A stretch of 63,914 nucleotides of DNA, filler included, from Phoronis australis (taxonomy: Eukaryota > Animalia > Phoronida), in assembly GCA_002633005.1 (NCBI GenBank). It is 10 parts of 10 records of this genome, joined end to end, with 100 filler letters (N's around TTAATTAATTAA, not from the genome) between each part and the next. Parts side by side here need not be neighbours in the genome. Positions count along the whole stretch, not along the records: positions 1 to 17,975 come from NMRA01000491.1; positions 18,076 to 31,941 come from NMRA01000384.1; 8 more parts are not named here. One strand, given 5' to 3'. The notes under the pieces are model-generated. The model was not told the DNA's origin. It did not search any database and saw only the letters and a program-made list of their open reading frames with translations. The position numbers and the translations under genes were made by a program. Positions 15,801 through 27,000 of this stretch are shown here, piece after piece; the first letter of the stretch is position 1, and each line of letters starts with the position of its first letter.

Positions 15801-16744
15801 GTTCAAACTTAGATTATTTCGTTGTTACCATGGTTCACGCATGAGTGTAGTAAGCAAACAACATTTAGAATAATTCTGAGCATTGGTATCAACATTGTAA
15901 GACTCTGAAAAATCAAAAAGTTGTAATTTTGGCAATTATTGTTAGACCAAATTGCAAAATGTTTGCAGTAAATGGTATAAGTAATTAAAATAAAGACTTT
16001 TTCCATTTCCGAAGTTACAACTGAGTTCTGACTTGGGAGCTGCAGACGCAAGGATTTCACGAAAGAAACAAAGTCATCATGTTGTTCGCTTGTAATACAT
16101 GGCGACATCTTGCAAAATATTGCTATTGCGTTTTCGCGAGAATCTCTCCTCTAGAGAACGCACCTCAGATCAGCATTATTAAATTTAAGCCTCCTAGTTC
16201 TGTTCTTCCTTACTCTGGAAATGTTATTCATCAATGACACCTTAAAAACAATTCAGTGTTCTGGAGAACAGTGCACAGAACATAGTCTCTGAAAGTTTCA
16301 CGTGAATACGATCAGTCACTTCTGAGACGTGACGTTCTGTAACTGGTCCAATTTAGACATTTTCTAGGGTCCCACATACTCTTAACCATACTAGATATAA
16401 TGAATTATTGGGATTTATTTTAGACAAGTGCTCCACACCACTGACACAGTAATAGTCATAGTGGTACATAAGGAAGACCAGCAAACACTGTAGATTTGTA
16501 CCATTTAATCAATGACGATGTGAAGCGCGTCGGAAATCGGTAAATGCCCGTAGATTTGTACCATTTAATCAATGACGGTGTTAAGCGCGTCGGAAATCGG
16601 TAAATGCCCGAGCATCAATAGGAAACGTCGTGGTAACACATAAGGTAAACACACTACCTGGATAACGCTGTCATATTGGATAACATCGCCCAACATCTTC
16701 TTGTAGTCCGAGTCGTTCTGTTTCTTCTCCAGTTCTGCTGCATG
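828..16744 (-). CDS. ITPR: Inositol 1,4,5-trisphosphate receptor, partial (suppressor/MIR domains, IP3-binding core, RIH); 12 exons, both ends outside the contig or window
   Basis: Exons in transcription order: 16744-16658, 15746-15588, 13687-13505, 12461-12315, 11723-11467, 9717-9618, 8648-8488, 8083-7942, 5533-5375, 4133-3961, 2889-2770, 1031-828. All have AG/GT boundaries and compatible phases. The peptide ([103 protein letters not shown]) is collinear with ITPR1 as I recall it. The IP3-contact motifs RTTGR, RERQK..R and YRK are intact. Confidence 0.97.
1142..2059. mobile_element. Non-autonomous TIR element (hAT-like termini)
   Basis: CATAGGCGGATTTAG ... CTAGATCCGCCACTG imperfect TIRs with G/C-run subtermini; CACTA on both flanks. 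Confidence 0.55.
2060..2310. repeat. Degenerate minisatellite, unit about 31 bp
   Basis: About 8 units of tagtgagaagttcaaanttcactagagggcgc. Confidence 0.7.
4203..4373. repeat. 43-bp tandem repeat x4
   Basis: gttatcactctgtgcatgacayggaagcctaatgccagtgtgg, near identical copies. Confidence 0.95.
11768..11900 (-). repeat. Two degenerate intronic copies of the first 54 nt of the ITPR exon starting at 11723
   Basis: 11900-11847 = [18 protein letters not shown]; 11821-11768 = [18 protein letters not shown]; real exon = [18 protein letters not shown]. Confidence 0.85.
13806..13977. mobile_element. MITE family A, copy 1 (about 175 bp)
   Basis: TIR ATTGACCTATCGC...GCGATAGGTCAAT; homologous to 18672-18851 and 23173-23348, which lie in the opposite orientation. 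Confidence 0.8.
16490..16610. repeat. 60-bp tandem duplication
   Basis: gtagatttgtaccatttaatcaatgacg..cggaaatcggtaaatgccc x2 with 2 mismatches. Confidence 0.9.
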
Positions 16745-16799
16745 CTACAAACAGATTGTTATACATGTAAACAACGAATAACAACCGCAAATATGAGCA

Positions 16800-16986
16800 C
16801 AGTCCTAGAAATCGCTTTCACGTAATATCCAGTTGTCAATCACTCCCTTGCATACAGTCTCTAGTAAGACTGAGCTCAAAGGAGTAGGAGACATATTTGT
16901 GCAATGCTCGATTGTCAGCCAGTGAAGCCAGGATTCGACCCGAGGTCTCCCAAACAGGAGTCTGGAGCTCAAACCACAGAGCTATC
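16800..16986 (-). mobile_element. tRNA-derived SINE-like fragment
   Basis: Minus strand GATAGCTCTGTGG (A-box-like) ... GGGTCGAATCCTGG (B-box-like); no intact cloverleaf; the 3' boundary is approximate. Confidence 0.4.
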
Positions 16987-17975
16987 TCAACAATTTACGA
17001 CACGACACAACAGACAATATTTTGAAACACTGCACCCATTTACAACAATGCTAGAGGAAACATGGTGAAGGCCAAAATCGCTCTTGTTCCAAATTCCAGA
17101 ATCAAGAAAACTCAATTTCTGTGGGAATTTCCATATCCTAAATCTTTAGTCTATCCGTAAGTGGAGAATCTTTGCCATCGTATCTAGAAAATAAGACCCC
17201 AACTTTATCCTCTTCTTTTTTGTATAATTTACTTAATTACTTTGATTTTTCTATTTTCCATTTGTTTATTATTTAAAGGGAACCTTCTTGATAGAGGTAA
17301 AAAACCTAACTCCCCCTCCCCCTCCCCCTCTCTCCCTTATTATCTCAGAGGAGTGTAACTTTATTTTGTAAATTTTTTCAACAAAAATAAATATCAGATA
17401 ATTGTGGACTGTTGTTAGCTTTGACAGAACTGTTAAAATTTCCTTCATTTGCAGCATTGTAATCAGCGCTTAAAAAATAGAAAAATTACCATATATGCTA
17501 ATACCACATCACAAGCATCTCAAATATTTTGTGACATCATTCAATGGTTTCAAAATCATGGTGGACATTTACATTTCATGTTTAACGCATTTACAAGAAT
17601 GCAAAAGAGCAGTTTTATCACACTTTTGTCTTGAGCTTTTATGCTGAGTAGCTATTAGGTGCTTTATCATTCTACATATTAAGAGCAATTCCATATAAAA
17701 ATCAGATGGTGGGCTATATATGCAAAATCACCAATTTTTTTGAAACTTAGCATGTCAGCTGGCCTTGTCAAAAGAAACCCGAGCCTGAATTTTTAAGAGT
17801 TTCCAAGTTTTTTTAAACCCTTTTTGCGACCACTTTATACTTTTTCCGAAAAATGGCAAATAATAGTACTTGGAAGTAGGTGACTTTTTAACAGCAACAA
17901 CACATCATCGCTTCACGCTATAGAAAAAAATAACTATATAGCAGAAAGAAGAAAGAATAACGTACAAGAAAAACT

Positions 17976-18075
17976 NNNNNNNNNNNNNNNNNNNNNNNNN
18001 NNNNNNNNNNNNNNNNNNNTTAATTAATTAANNNNNNNNNNNNNNNNNNNNNNNNNNNNNNNNNNNNNNNNNNNN
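17976..18075. other. Artificial contig spacer (first of nine)
   Basis: 44 N + TTAATTAATTAA + 44 N. The 12-mer cores are at 18020, 31986, 35782, 43100, 46673, 53724, 57571, 60591 and 62774. Confidence 0.97.
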
Positions 18076-21000
18076 GCGTCTATGAGCAGCAGCACCCCGA
18101 GTACCAGATACAGCTCCCACGAATGCACAGACTGAAATTGTAATAAAGAATTACTCTCAAACAAACATGTCTTAAACCTATTTAGTGCTCGCTAAACTTT
18201 ACATTCATGTCAGCCAACTCCTGAAGGTTTTTAAGAAATTCACAATACCATTGGGAATGTAAAACACATGTTTAAACCAAGACGTTTCACTTGTAAGGTT
18301 ACATAGCACAAGTAAAGAAACCTGTCAAATGTTCGAAGTGACCCATCCCATGAGATGTGGCATTTGAAAGCAAATTACAGCTAATTCAACTATTATTTTG
18401 GGACATTCTATATTCAAATGAAATCCCCATTACACAGCTGAATTGGCCAAAAACAATGATATTTTTGAAAAAAAGAATCATTTTAATTGAGAATACTTTC
18501 TAAGTGAACATAAATTTTACTTAAAGCATCACTAAATCCATGCTTCCTGTCAAAAAAAAACAATTGCTGATTTAGGTCATTTACGTTGTTTACAAAATTG
18601 GCCTTGTCTTGTTCTTCACATGATTTAAAAATTTTCATCAGGATCTCCAATAAGTGAACATCAGTATTTCAACTGACCTATCGCAAGCTCCGTCCCCTAG
18701 CGAAATGTTGACAAACAAACAATAATTAGGTTAATTCGGCAACATGTCGTTGAATGGGTAAAATGGTGGGTTGGAAACAAAGGTGTGTCAAGAATGCTAC
18801 GTTCTGAATGGTCAGTTCAGCCGTCACTCAAAATCTTGGTGATAGATCAATTATAAGGAACCATCAGCTCTTTCCAAGACCAGAAATCACACCTATTTGG
18901 ACCAAGGAACAATTTGAGACCAATGGCAAGTGGCCTAAACAAAAATTTGTTTTTTACAGAAAGATTTAGTTAGTGCAGCTTTAATATGTTCATTATCTTG
19001 ATAATTTTCCTTAATTTAGGGTATATTTCAATCATATTCATTATCTTTTACTATAACATCGCAATTTGTACAGAGCTTTCTTGTAGTCAGGCCAAATCAA
19101 ATATGGTTCAGGAAACACCCACGAGGTGTCCCTTTGCTTCTAGTTCTTGGCCAACGCTCGCTTGCATTCACCTCACAAGCCTGCTATCGTCATGGAAACA
19201 CTTACGGCGCTCTTCTTTTTGCTGGTGGTCAGTCGGTGCACGGTCCAGATTTTGGAGAACATTCCTCCATAAGACAGTGTAAAGCCAAAGCCAAGCAGCC
19301 AAACTCGAGTCTGTGAACAGAATAAATGAGAACAGACGAATAGGAATAAATTATCAAAGGGTGGGAACAAATCCATAACCACACAGTAAAACTCTCGTCT
19401 CGGACCAGCGGACGTGAAACCTGCCATGTAAATCCCCACACGAGCACACCTAAACCACACACTAACACAGAAAACGATTCATACCTAGTGAATACCTAGT
19501 GACCAAATTCCACTCCAGGAGACCAGGGCCCGGTCTCCAATCTTTTTACTCGAAATGGAACTCGAAATTAGGTTTGGCATTTTCTACTCTACTTTTGGGC
19601 GAACTTACGATAATTGTCTATTATTCTATGCTCGAGTACACAATAACTTACGTAGATAATTTATTGCCCTTAGTTCACAGTTTGTAAACCCAATATTAAA
19701 GCAATAAGTTCGAGTTTGAACTCGAAATTTCGAGTTTTTACTGGAGTTTGTAGCACGAATATAAGGGTCTTCAAGGGAAAAACTTGAACTAGAAACTCCT
19801 ATGCATAAACTATAATGTATTCGAGCACAGTCTGATAACCACTTATCTTAAGTTCGCACAAAAGGAGCACAGAAATTGCCAAAAATAGTTTCGAGTTTGT
19901 TTCGAGTACAAAGATTAGAGACCGGGCCCAGAATCTATCACCGAATAGTCATCTAGTCCACAGCCACAATTTAGAGGGACGGTCATGGAGTTGTTTTCAC
20001 CCCTTGACTACGTAATACCACAAACTTAGTTTGCAAATAAAATGCAGAAGAATTTTCATCAAGCTAGTATGTTAGGACATCTATGTGTTTCAGAAGCAAG
20101 AAGGAATAATTCAAAACTTAAAATAAGGCAATTAACAGCCTTCCAGTCGTGTCAATGTTACGTGAAAAACAGTGAGACACAAGGGTGTCAAATAGAAAAA
20201 CAACTGCATACAGTACATCCCATAAGTGCTCAGACAAAATGTCCCAGAATTCCCCCCATCATGACCGGTGGGCAGAAGACAAATTCATTGTCAGAGTGGC
20301 ATTCTCTCGTGACCACAAATGAAGGAGAATGAACAGACTAGTAAGTCTGCCAGCAAAGACATTGTGTAATAAGATTTTTGCTATTGCTAGAGTCATTACA
20401 AATTGTTTCACTGTTAACAGAATTTTTTAGTTGTCATGACGGGAAACAGTATTTTGACATCTTGTACTGTATTTGTCCAGAACGAGTAATTACAATAAAA
20501 TCAATACAGCCATCACATGACATTCTATATGTGCTTGAATATAATGACCTCATGAACATTGTAAAAACACTGAGTTACCTGGCAGAGGATGGGGTAGATG
20601 TCCTCGGTCACAAACTGACCGTCTAAGCCTTGAAGGAATATACAAAAGAAACAGAGCATGCAGCCTGCTACCACAACCATGTTGATCTCGGGACGTGATA
20701 GGTGGATGTACCTGTCAATCAAATATGGAACCACTAAATACTGAATCAAAACAATATGGATGTTTTAGTGATTACAATTGGTCGGACTTCACAACCAGCT
20801 GGCTGGACTGCAAAACCCAATGGCCAGTGTTCGAATTTGGTGGTTGGACCTCAAAACAGGTTGGCCGGTACCTCAAAACCAGATGGCTGCACCCAAAGAA
20901 CTGGTTGGCCGGTGCTCAAACACAATGGATGAAAAAAATGCGGATTTTGAACAAAACAAACGGGTACAAAAAATAAACTCTAAAGGTCACTTGAATCTTT

Positions 21001-24000
21001 CGAGACATTCAAAGAAAGTCTGAGGAAGTCCGATCGTCGTGTTTGATCACCGGCCAACTGGTTATAGCACCGGCCATCAGGCTTTGGGTCCAGCCAACTA
21101 GTTTTTGGAGTGAGGCCATGGCGATTGATCACCAGCCATTTGGTGTCGCAGTCCAGCCGACTGGTTTTGAAGTCCGAGCAATTGTTGATTCCCCCTTGCA
21201 CTATTATGATGCCATTTGGACCCACAAATAGGAATAGGAATGCAGTCACGTCACTGTTTCAAAACTTTTGCAGGACTATGATTTTTTCCGATTTAGGTAA
21301 CCACAGTGGCAATTTAGAACTTAGAAATTTTTTTAAAATTTTTGTTTGGATCAACTGGTGTGCTCCGACAACGGGCGCAGCTATCCGGGTAAATTGAAAA
21401 GGATTAAAACTAACTGGGTCCTTAGCCAGGTAATAATTTTCGAACTTCTTACTAATTTACAGCACGACGGAAATCTGGCCCAACTGTTATTGTCGCTTTT
21501 AATTTTGGCATTTTAACATTACTGGGCTGTGTCCAAAACGTCAAAATCACGTCATACTATACAAAAGATTGGCATTCATTCAAAATACACTTTTCTTTAT
21601 GTACAAAATCAGCAACCATCGTTGCCATTGTGAAAAAAATATGGGATCTCATAGTAGTAATTTTTGCGATTGGTGTTGCGATTGTTGTTGTTGATGTTAC
21701 TATAATATTTATTGCTGATGTTGGCGAAGGTATTGGACTGTTGGTGTTATAATCAATGTCATGGTTGATGCAGTAGTTGATAACGCGATTCTCGTTGCCA
21801 ACATTGTTGCGTTAAAATATCACCAATTTCGGACAAAAAAATAATTGCTAAAATCCCATTCCTTCTCCAAGGGCATTGAGCACTGCTGTGAACGCCTGCA
21901 ATTTCTCAAACAGTGGTAGCTATTATACAGAAGTTGAATATGGAAAAGCATTAATTTGGTACAACCATCTTCATGGAAAAAAATGAGAAAATAAAATTTC
22001 ACTGACAAGAATCCTGAAATCTTGTATTGATATAAATTGAAGGGTAGCTAAACAAGCTATCTTGTGTGCTCACACTTCACTTATATAGTCCTTCACTTAT
22101 ATAGTCTTTCACTTATATAGTCCTACACTTATATAGTCCTTCACTTATAGTCCTACACTTACATAGTCCTACACTTATTAGTCCTACACTTATATAGTCC
22201 TACACTTATATAGTCCTAGGATCCATTCCAAGAAACTGACTTAAATTCATTTTTGACCTAAGCCCAAGATTTGTCTTAACTTCCAAACTTTGAAATTTCC
22301 ATACGTGGTAAGATAGTCAAACTTAAGACAAAGCATATTTCAAACACTTGAGTTAAACTGAAACGGTTTTGAGACATATATGAAATTTATGTCAGAGTTT
22401 ACTAAAATTTAAGACTTGTCTTAGCTAAGTCGCTTTTGCTGGAACGAGCCCCTAGTCTGCAGAAGTGATTGGTGAAGTTTTCTTTCTCTCATAACTACAA
22501 TACACACCTGCGGTCCCTGTGCACGTAGTTAAAGACCATACAGGCAGCGCCTGCCAGTATACCAATGGCGGCCAGACTGCTCATGGCAACGAACAGTCCC
22601 AGTGAGATGACCCGCAGTTGCTTCTCCTTGCGCATGCGGTCTTGCGGAGGTTTGCCGCCGACCCATCGTTCTATGCCAAACCACGTCAAGTTATCCGCGT
22701 TGTAGTCATAGAAACCAATCTTCTTGTAAACACCATCTGTAAAGAAAGTCAACAACATTCGTGATGATTTCATCAACCGAGTGACAGTGTTCAGCATTTG
22801 GAACCTCAAGTAAATAAAGTAAAGCCCCAGTGTCTCTCTTCACTTGATAGCAGTAACACTGGGAGCTGTTTAGTCTGCCCAGAATAAAAACGTTGATTTA
22901 GAAATGATGCGAGATATGAGAAAAGTTATTACAGACCCATGTCTCCATAATAAGATATAACACTATAACAGCAATTAGATTTGAGGTCATAAAAATATAG
23001 TCACGTGTCACTGGGAAACCCATTCTGGACACTCACTTTTTAAATCCTGTATTGCAATGCCCATAATACTATATAAAAATTCCCTGCTATCAATGACAGT
23101 CAGTTCTTATAAAATAGATAATTTCCACAAACTGGCAGCTGCTCTAAGATTGACTCGTGCCCCATGTCAACAATTGACCTTTCGCAAGTTCCGCCCCTTG
23201 CGAAAAGTCAACAAACAATCAATAAGTTTTACCCAGCATCGTGTTGTTTGTCAGGTAAAACGGCGGCTTGGAAACGAAGGTGTGTCAAGAATGCTGCGTT
23301 CAGATTGGTCAGTTAAGCCGTCACTCAAAATCCTGGCAATAGGTCAATTATAACAATTCGTACGTGGTCCTTCACACTATTGCAACTAATGCCAGCTCCA
23401 ACACTCGCTACTTCAAACAAAGACGAAACCGCAGGTGCTTGAAATGCAATAACCCACCTCTATACTATTACAACTACCACGACTACCACACGTTGCATGC
23501 AGTACAATGCAGTGATGGATATTTACAATTGGAACGCCAGTGAATAAGACAATTTTTATACAATCAAACACTCCAAAATTACTGCCTATGCCTTCCAGCC
23601 CAGACAGAATAAAACGACCGTGGAAAATTGGAAATGTTTCAACACTTAAAACTTTCCTGAATTCAGAACTAGGAGTACTTCTTTTAGCCAACACAACCTT
23701 CAAAACTGTACATGTCCCGAGACAAGAGTCACATTAGTAGCTAATCCGGGATGTGCACAATAAATTCTTGCTTTAACATTCTTACCGTGCATTTGCTCAA
23801 TCTGCGTAGAGGCGATCCTGTCCCCAGTGGCCGTGAATAAGACTTGTCCCTGGCGGAATTAATGTCAACAGAGTGAGGACAACGTCTTGAGATGATTCAC
23901 ATTAAAAAAATCTTAGAACTACATGCAACTCCGTCTTTAAGACCTTAAGTTTACTCTCATATGAAATACAAAGAGACTTCAAGTATGACAAACCAGCAAA

Positions 24001-27000
24001 TACAAAAAACTGATGCAAACCAGTAAGATGATATATGTGAACTAATACGAAAACAAATGCAATTTAATACAAAGCCTGACGCCAGCTAATGTGAAGAGTG
24101 AGCTTATACAAAGAGTGCTGAGAACTGATACAAACACTGATATGGACTGAATGATGCAAACTAAATGCAAAGAATCATGGAAACAAATCAAAAACTGATG
24201 AGAAAAGCACTTAACACATTACAAGATCACCACACATTAGCTACTCACCGACACGCCTAAAAACTTGGTAGAATTCATGGCCGCGTAGATTGTGTCCTTG
24301 ACTTCAGAGTTGGAGTAGGAGAACTCTTCAATGGTTTTGTTCTTGGAGGCCAGGCTGAAAATGAATATTTGGAATGTTATGAAAATGAACATTTTACACT
24401 TCATGGAAATGATCATTTTAAGGGTCTCATTTAGTAAACATTTTTCAAGAAGCTGTTCACAGCAATGTGCATTTCATGCTCCAAGAAAATGAAAAATTGA
24501 CACTACTGTGAAACTGAACAAGTTACACTTTAAGAAAATGAACATTTTACAGTTTACGGCAAATCATGTTGCAAATATCCTTTTACACATAGCGCAAGTG
24601 TACACTATAAACTAAATCAAGTATAATCAGAGAGTGCACTGTGGCACTTTGGGACAACATAATTGCCAGTGACTCACTTCTTCACAGTCTTGTCTAGTGC
24701 CAGGGCCAGGGCCCACACAGCGTCGTAGGCCAGAGGAGCCTCGGGGTAGCCGGACACTTTGGATGTGTCGTTCGATAAACGTTTGTCGAGTCGCTCAATG
24801 AACTCCTGGGACGTCTGTGACACAGGAAGCAAACAGTATTTGTGTGTTATTATTATTATGACATTATAGTAAAAACTTGACAAAAAATCACTCCTAAATT
24901 GACATTTTTCTATTTTTCCTAAGTTTACTGCATAGCTACCAGTCGCAAAACTAACCATGCCTGATATAGTGGTGACTTTCTCAGGGTTCAACATCATCTC
25001 GCTAGTGAAGTGACCCTTGAGAGCCTCCCTAACCCACAACACTCTCCATGCCTGATATAGTGGTAACTTTCTCAGGGTTCAACATCATCTCGCTAGTAAA
25101 GTGACCCTCGAGAGCCTCCCTAAACCACAACACTCACCATGCCTGATATAGTGGTGACTTTCTAAGGGTTTAACATCATGACCTCGGTAGTGAAGTGACC
25201 CTCGAGAGCCTCCCTAACCCACAACACTCACCATGCCTGATATAGTGGTGACTTTCTCACGGTTTAGCATCATGACCTCGGTAGTGAAGTGACCCTCGAG
25301 AGCCTCTTTCATTTCCTCTGGAGTACAGTCAATGTTGGGGTCTGGCTTGCTGTACCAGTTGTCTGGATACCAACCAATGATGAACCAAACATATTTCTTC
25401 CCATACAGCTTCTGCTTGTAAACCTAGACATGAAGACAAGCATAGAAAACAATGCAATGATTACTCTACAGCAACACACACCTTGCCATCAAGAGTACTG
25501 GGCTCAGACGCAGGAAACAGTCCCAAATAGGGACTCAACTAAGTTCCCTAAACCTATATTTGTGGGCTTGCGAAAACATGTATTGTCTTTTCTTAAAATG
25601 CTGTTTGAGTCTCAGCACTAAGACAGTTCGCGTCTTTGATACAAATGGAGGGTGAATTCTACATTGAATTCTCAATATTATTAAAAATAATTTATGATTT
25701 TTTCATTTAACACCCCTAATTTAAGGAATAAGTCCCTAATTATTTTGACTGAATTAAGGGCTCAGTTTTTAGTTATATTACTAGAAACTGTCATTTAGTT
25801 AAAGAAGGGATCATAATAAAGATAAAATGATAGAAAAAATACTATATCTGTGAGTAAAGAACAAATCAAATATGCAAAAGACTTAGGGCCCTTAGTTGAG
25901 TCCCCATTTGGTACTGTTTCATGCAAACGGCCACTGGGGCCCGTTCAAACAAAACTCATTTAGCCAACTTGAAGGCAAATCTTAAATTTTAGTAAATTTT
26001 AAGATGACACTTAAATTTGTCTCAAGACTGTGTCAAGAAAGAGATCTTGAGTTTGACTGAAGTGTTTGATACAAGTTTTGTCTTAATTTTGACTATCTTA
26101 ACGGGTGTGGAAGTTTGACACTTTGGATGTTAAGACAAATTTTAGATTTAGGTTAAACATGAACTTACCGGTACGTTTCTTGGAATGGGCCCCTGCTTAT
26201 ACACTTAGATGTACATAGTATACGCACATGGAAAAAAAATGTTTTTATTGCGTCATTGCTGAAAAACTGCTCGCAAAAGACGGCGCAACACCTTCTTGAT
26301 GAAAATCTGCCCAATTTAGAACCTTGTAAACTAGCTGAAGTCGACAATGAAATTCAGGAACATTGGAGACTACTGAGAAGCGCAAAAGAAAGTTGTCAAA
26401 TTTTGTGACAGCTGAGTACGTGTGTGGGTGTGTACATGGGCGTGTGGGCGTGTGTACGTGGGTGTGTACGTGTATGGGATTTAAGCGCCTATTTCAGAGA
26501 AAACCCTGTGCAAAGTCACAGAACTCCATGTGAGTTAATAAATTAATATTGATTGTCTACTTTACTGAAGATTGAAGGATATCAGTGCACTCTATGTGAC
26601 TGAGTAACACTCACTACCTACCTCACAAAAGACCATGCGCGCCATGTCCTCGTAAAATACCCCTACAATGATGCGTGCATCTTGTCGTTTCAAGTTTTTC
26701 ACAGCGCTCGCGGGGTCCGTCTGGAAACTCTGCCGACTATCAATCTTGATTCCCACAGTTTTCACCCTCTCTTCAAGATCTTCGACCGTCTGCAAAGTAG
26801 ACTCAGTTTCACCAGGCTGACTAATACAACTGACCAGATTCTTTTTTCAAAAACTGGCTTCACACGTGGAGATTTCGTGGTGCAATTTACCACGTGACTG
26901 GAAATACTTTACGCATGTAGGACACCACCTACATCCAAGCAACATTTTATCCAGCTTTTTCGATGCTGATGCAAAAAAATTAACAGCTTCTTTATTTCAT

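Noticed and set aside
18020-18031. TTAATTAATTAA as a biological repeat or transposon target
   Set aside because: It is always centred between two runs of 44 Ns and has stops in all six frames, which marks it as a synthetic linker.
24956-25306. CRISPR-like array
   Set aside because: The units are head-to-tail copies of exon and intron sequence with no unique spacers, in a eukaryotic gene with no cas genes.
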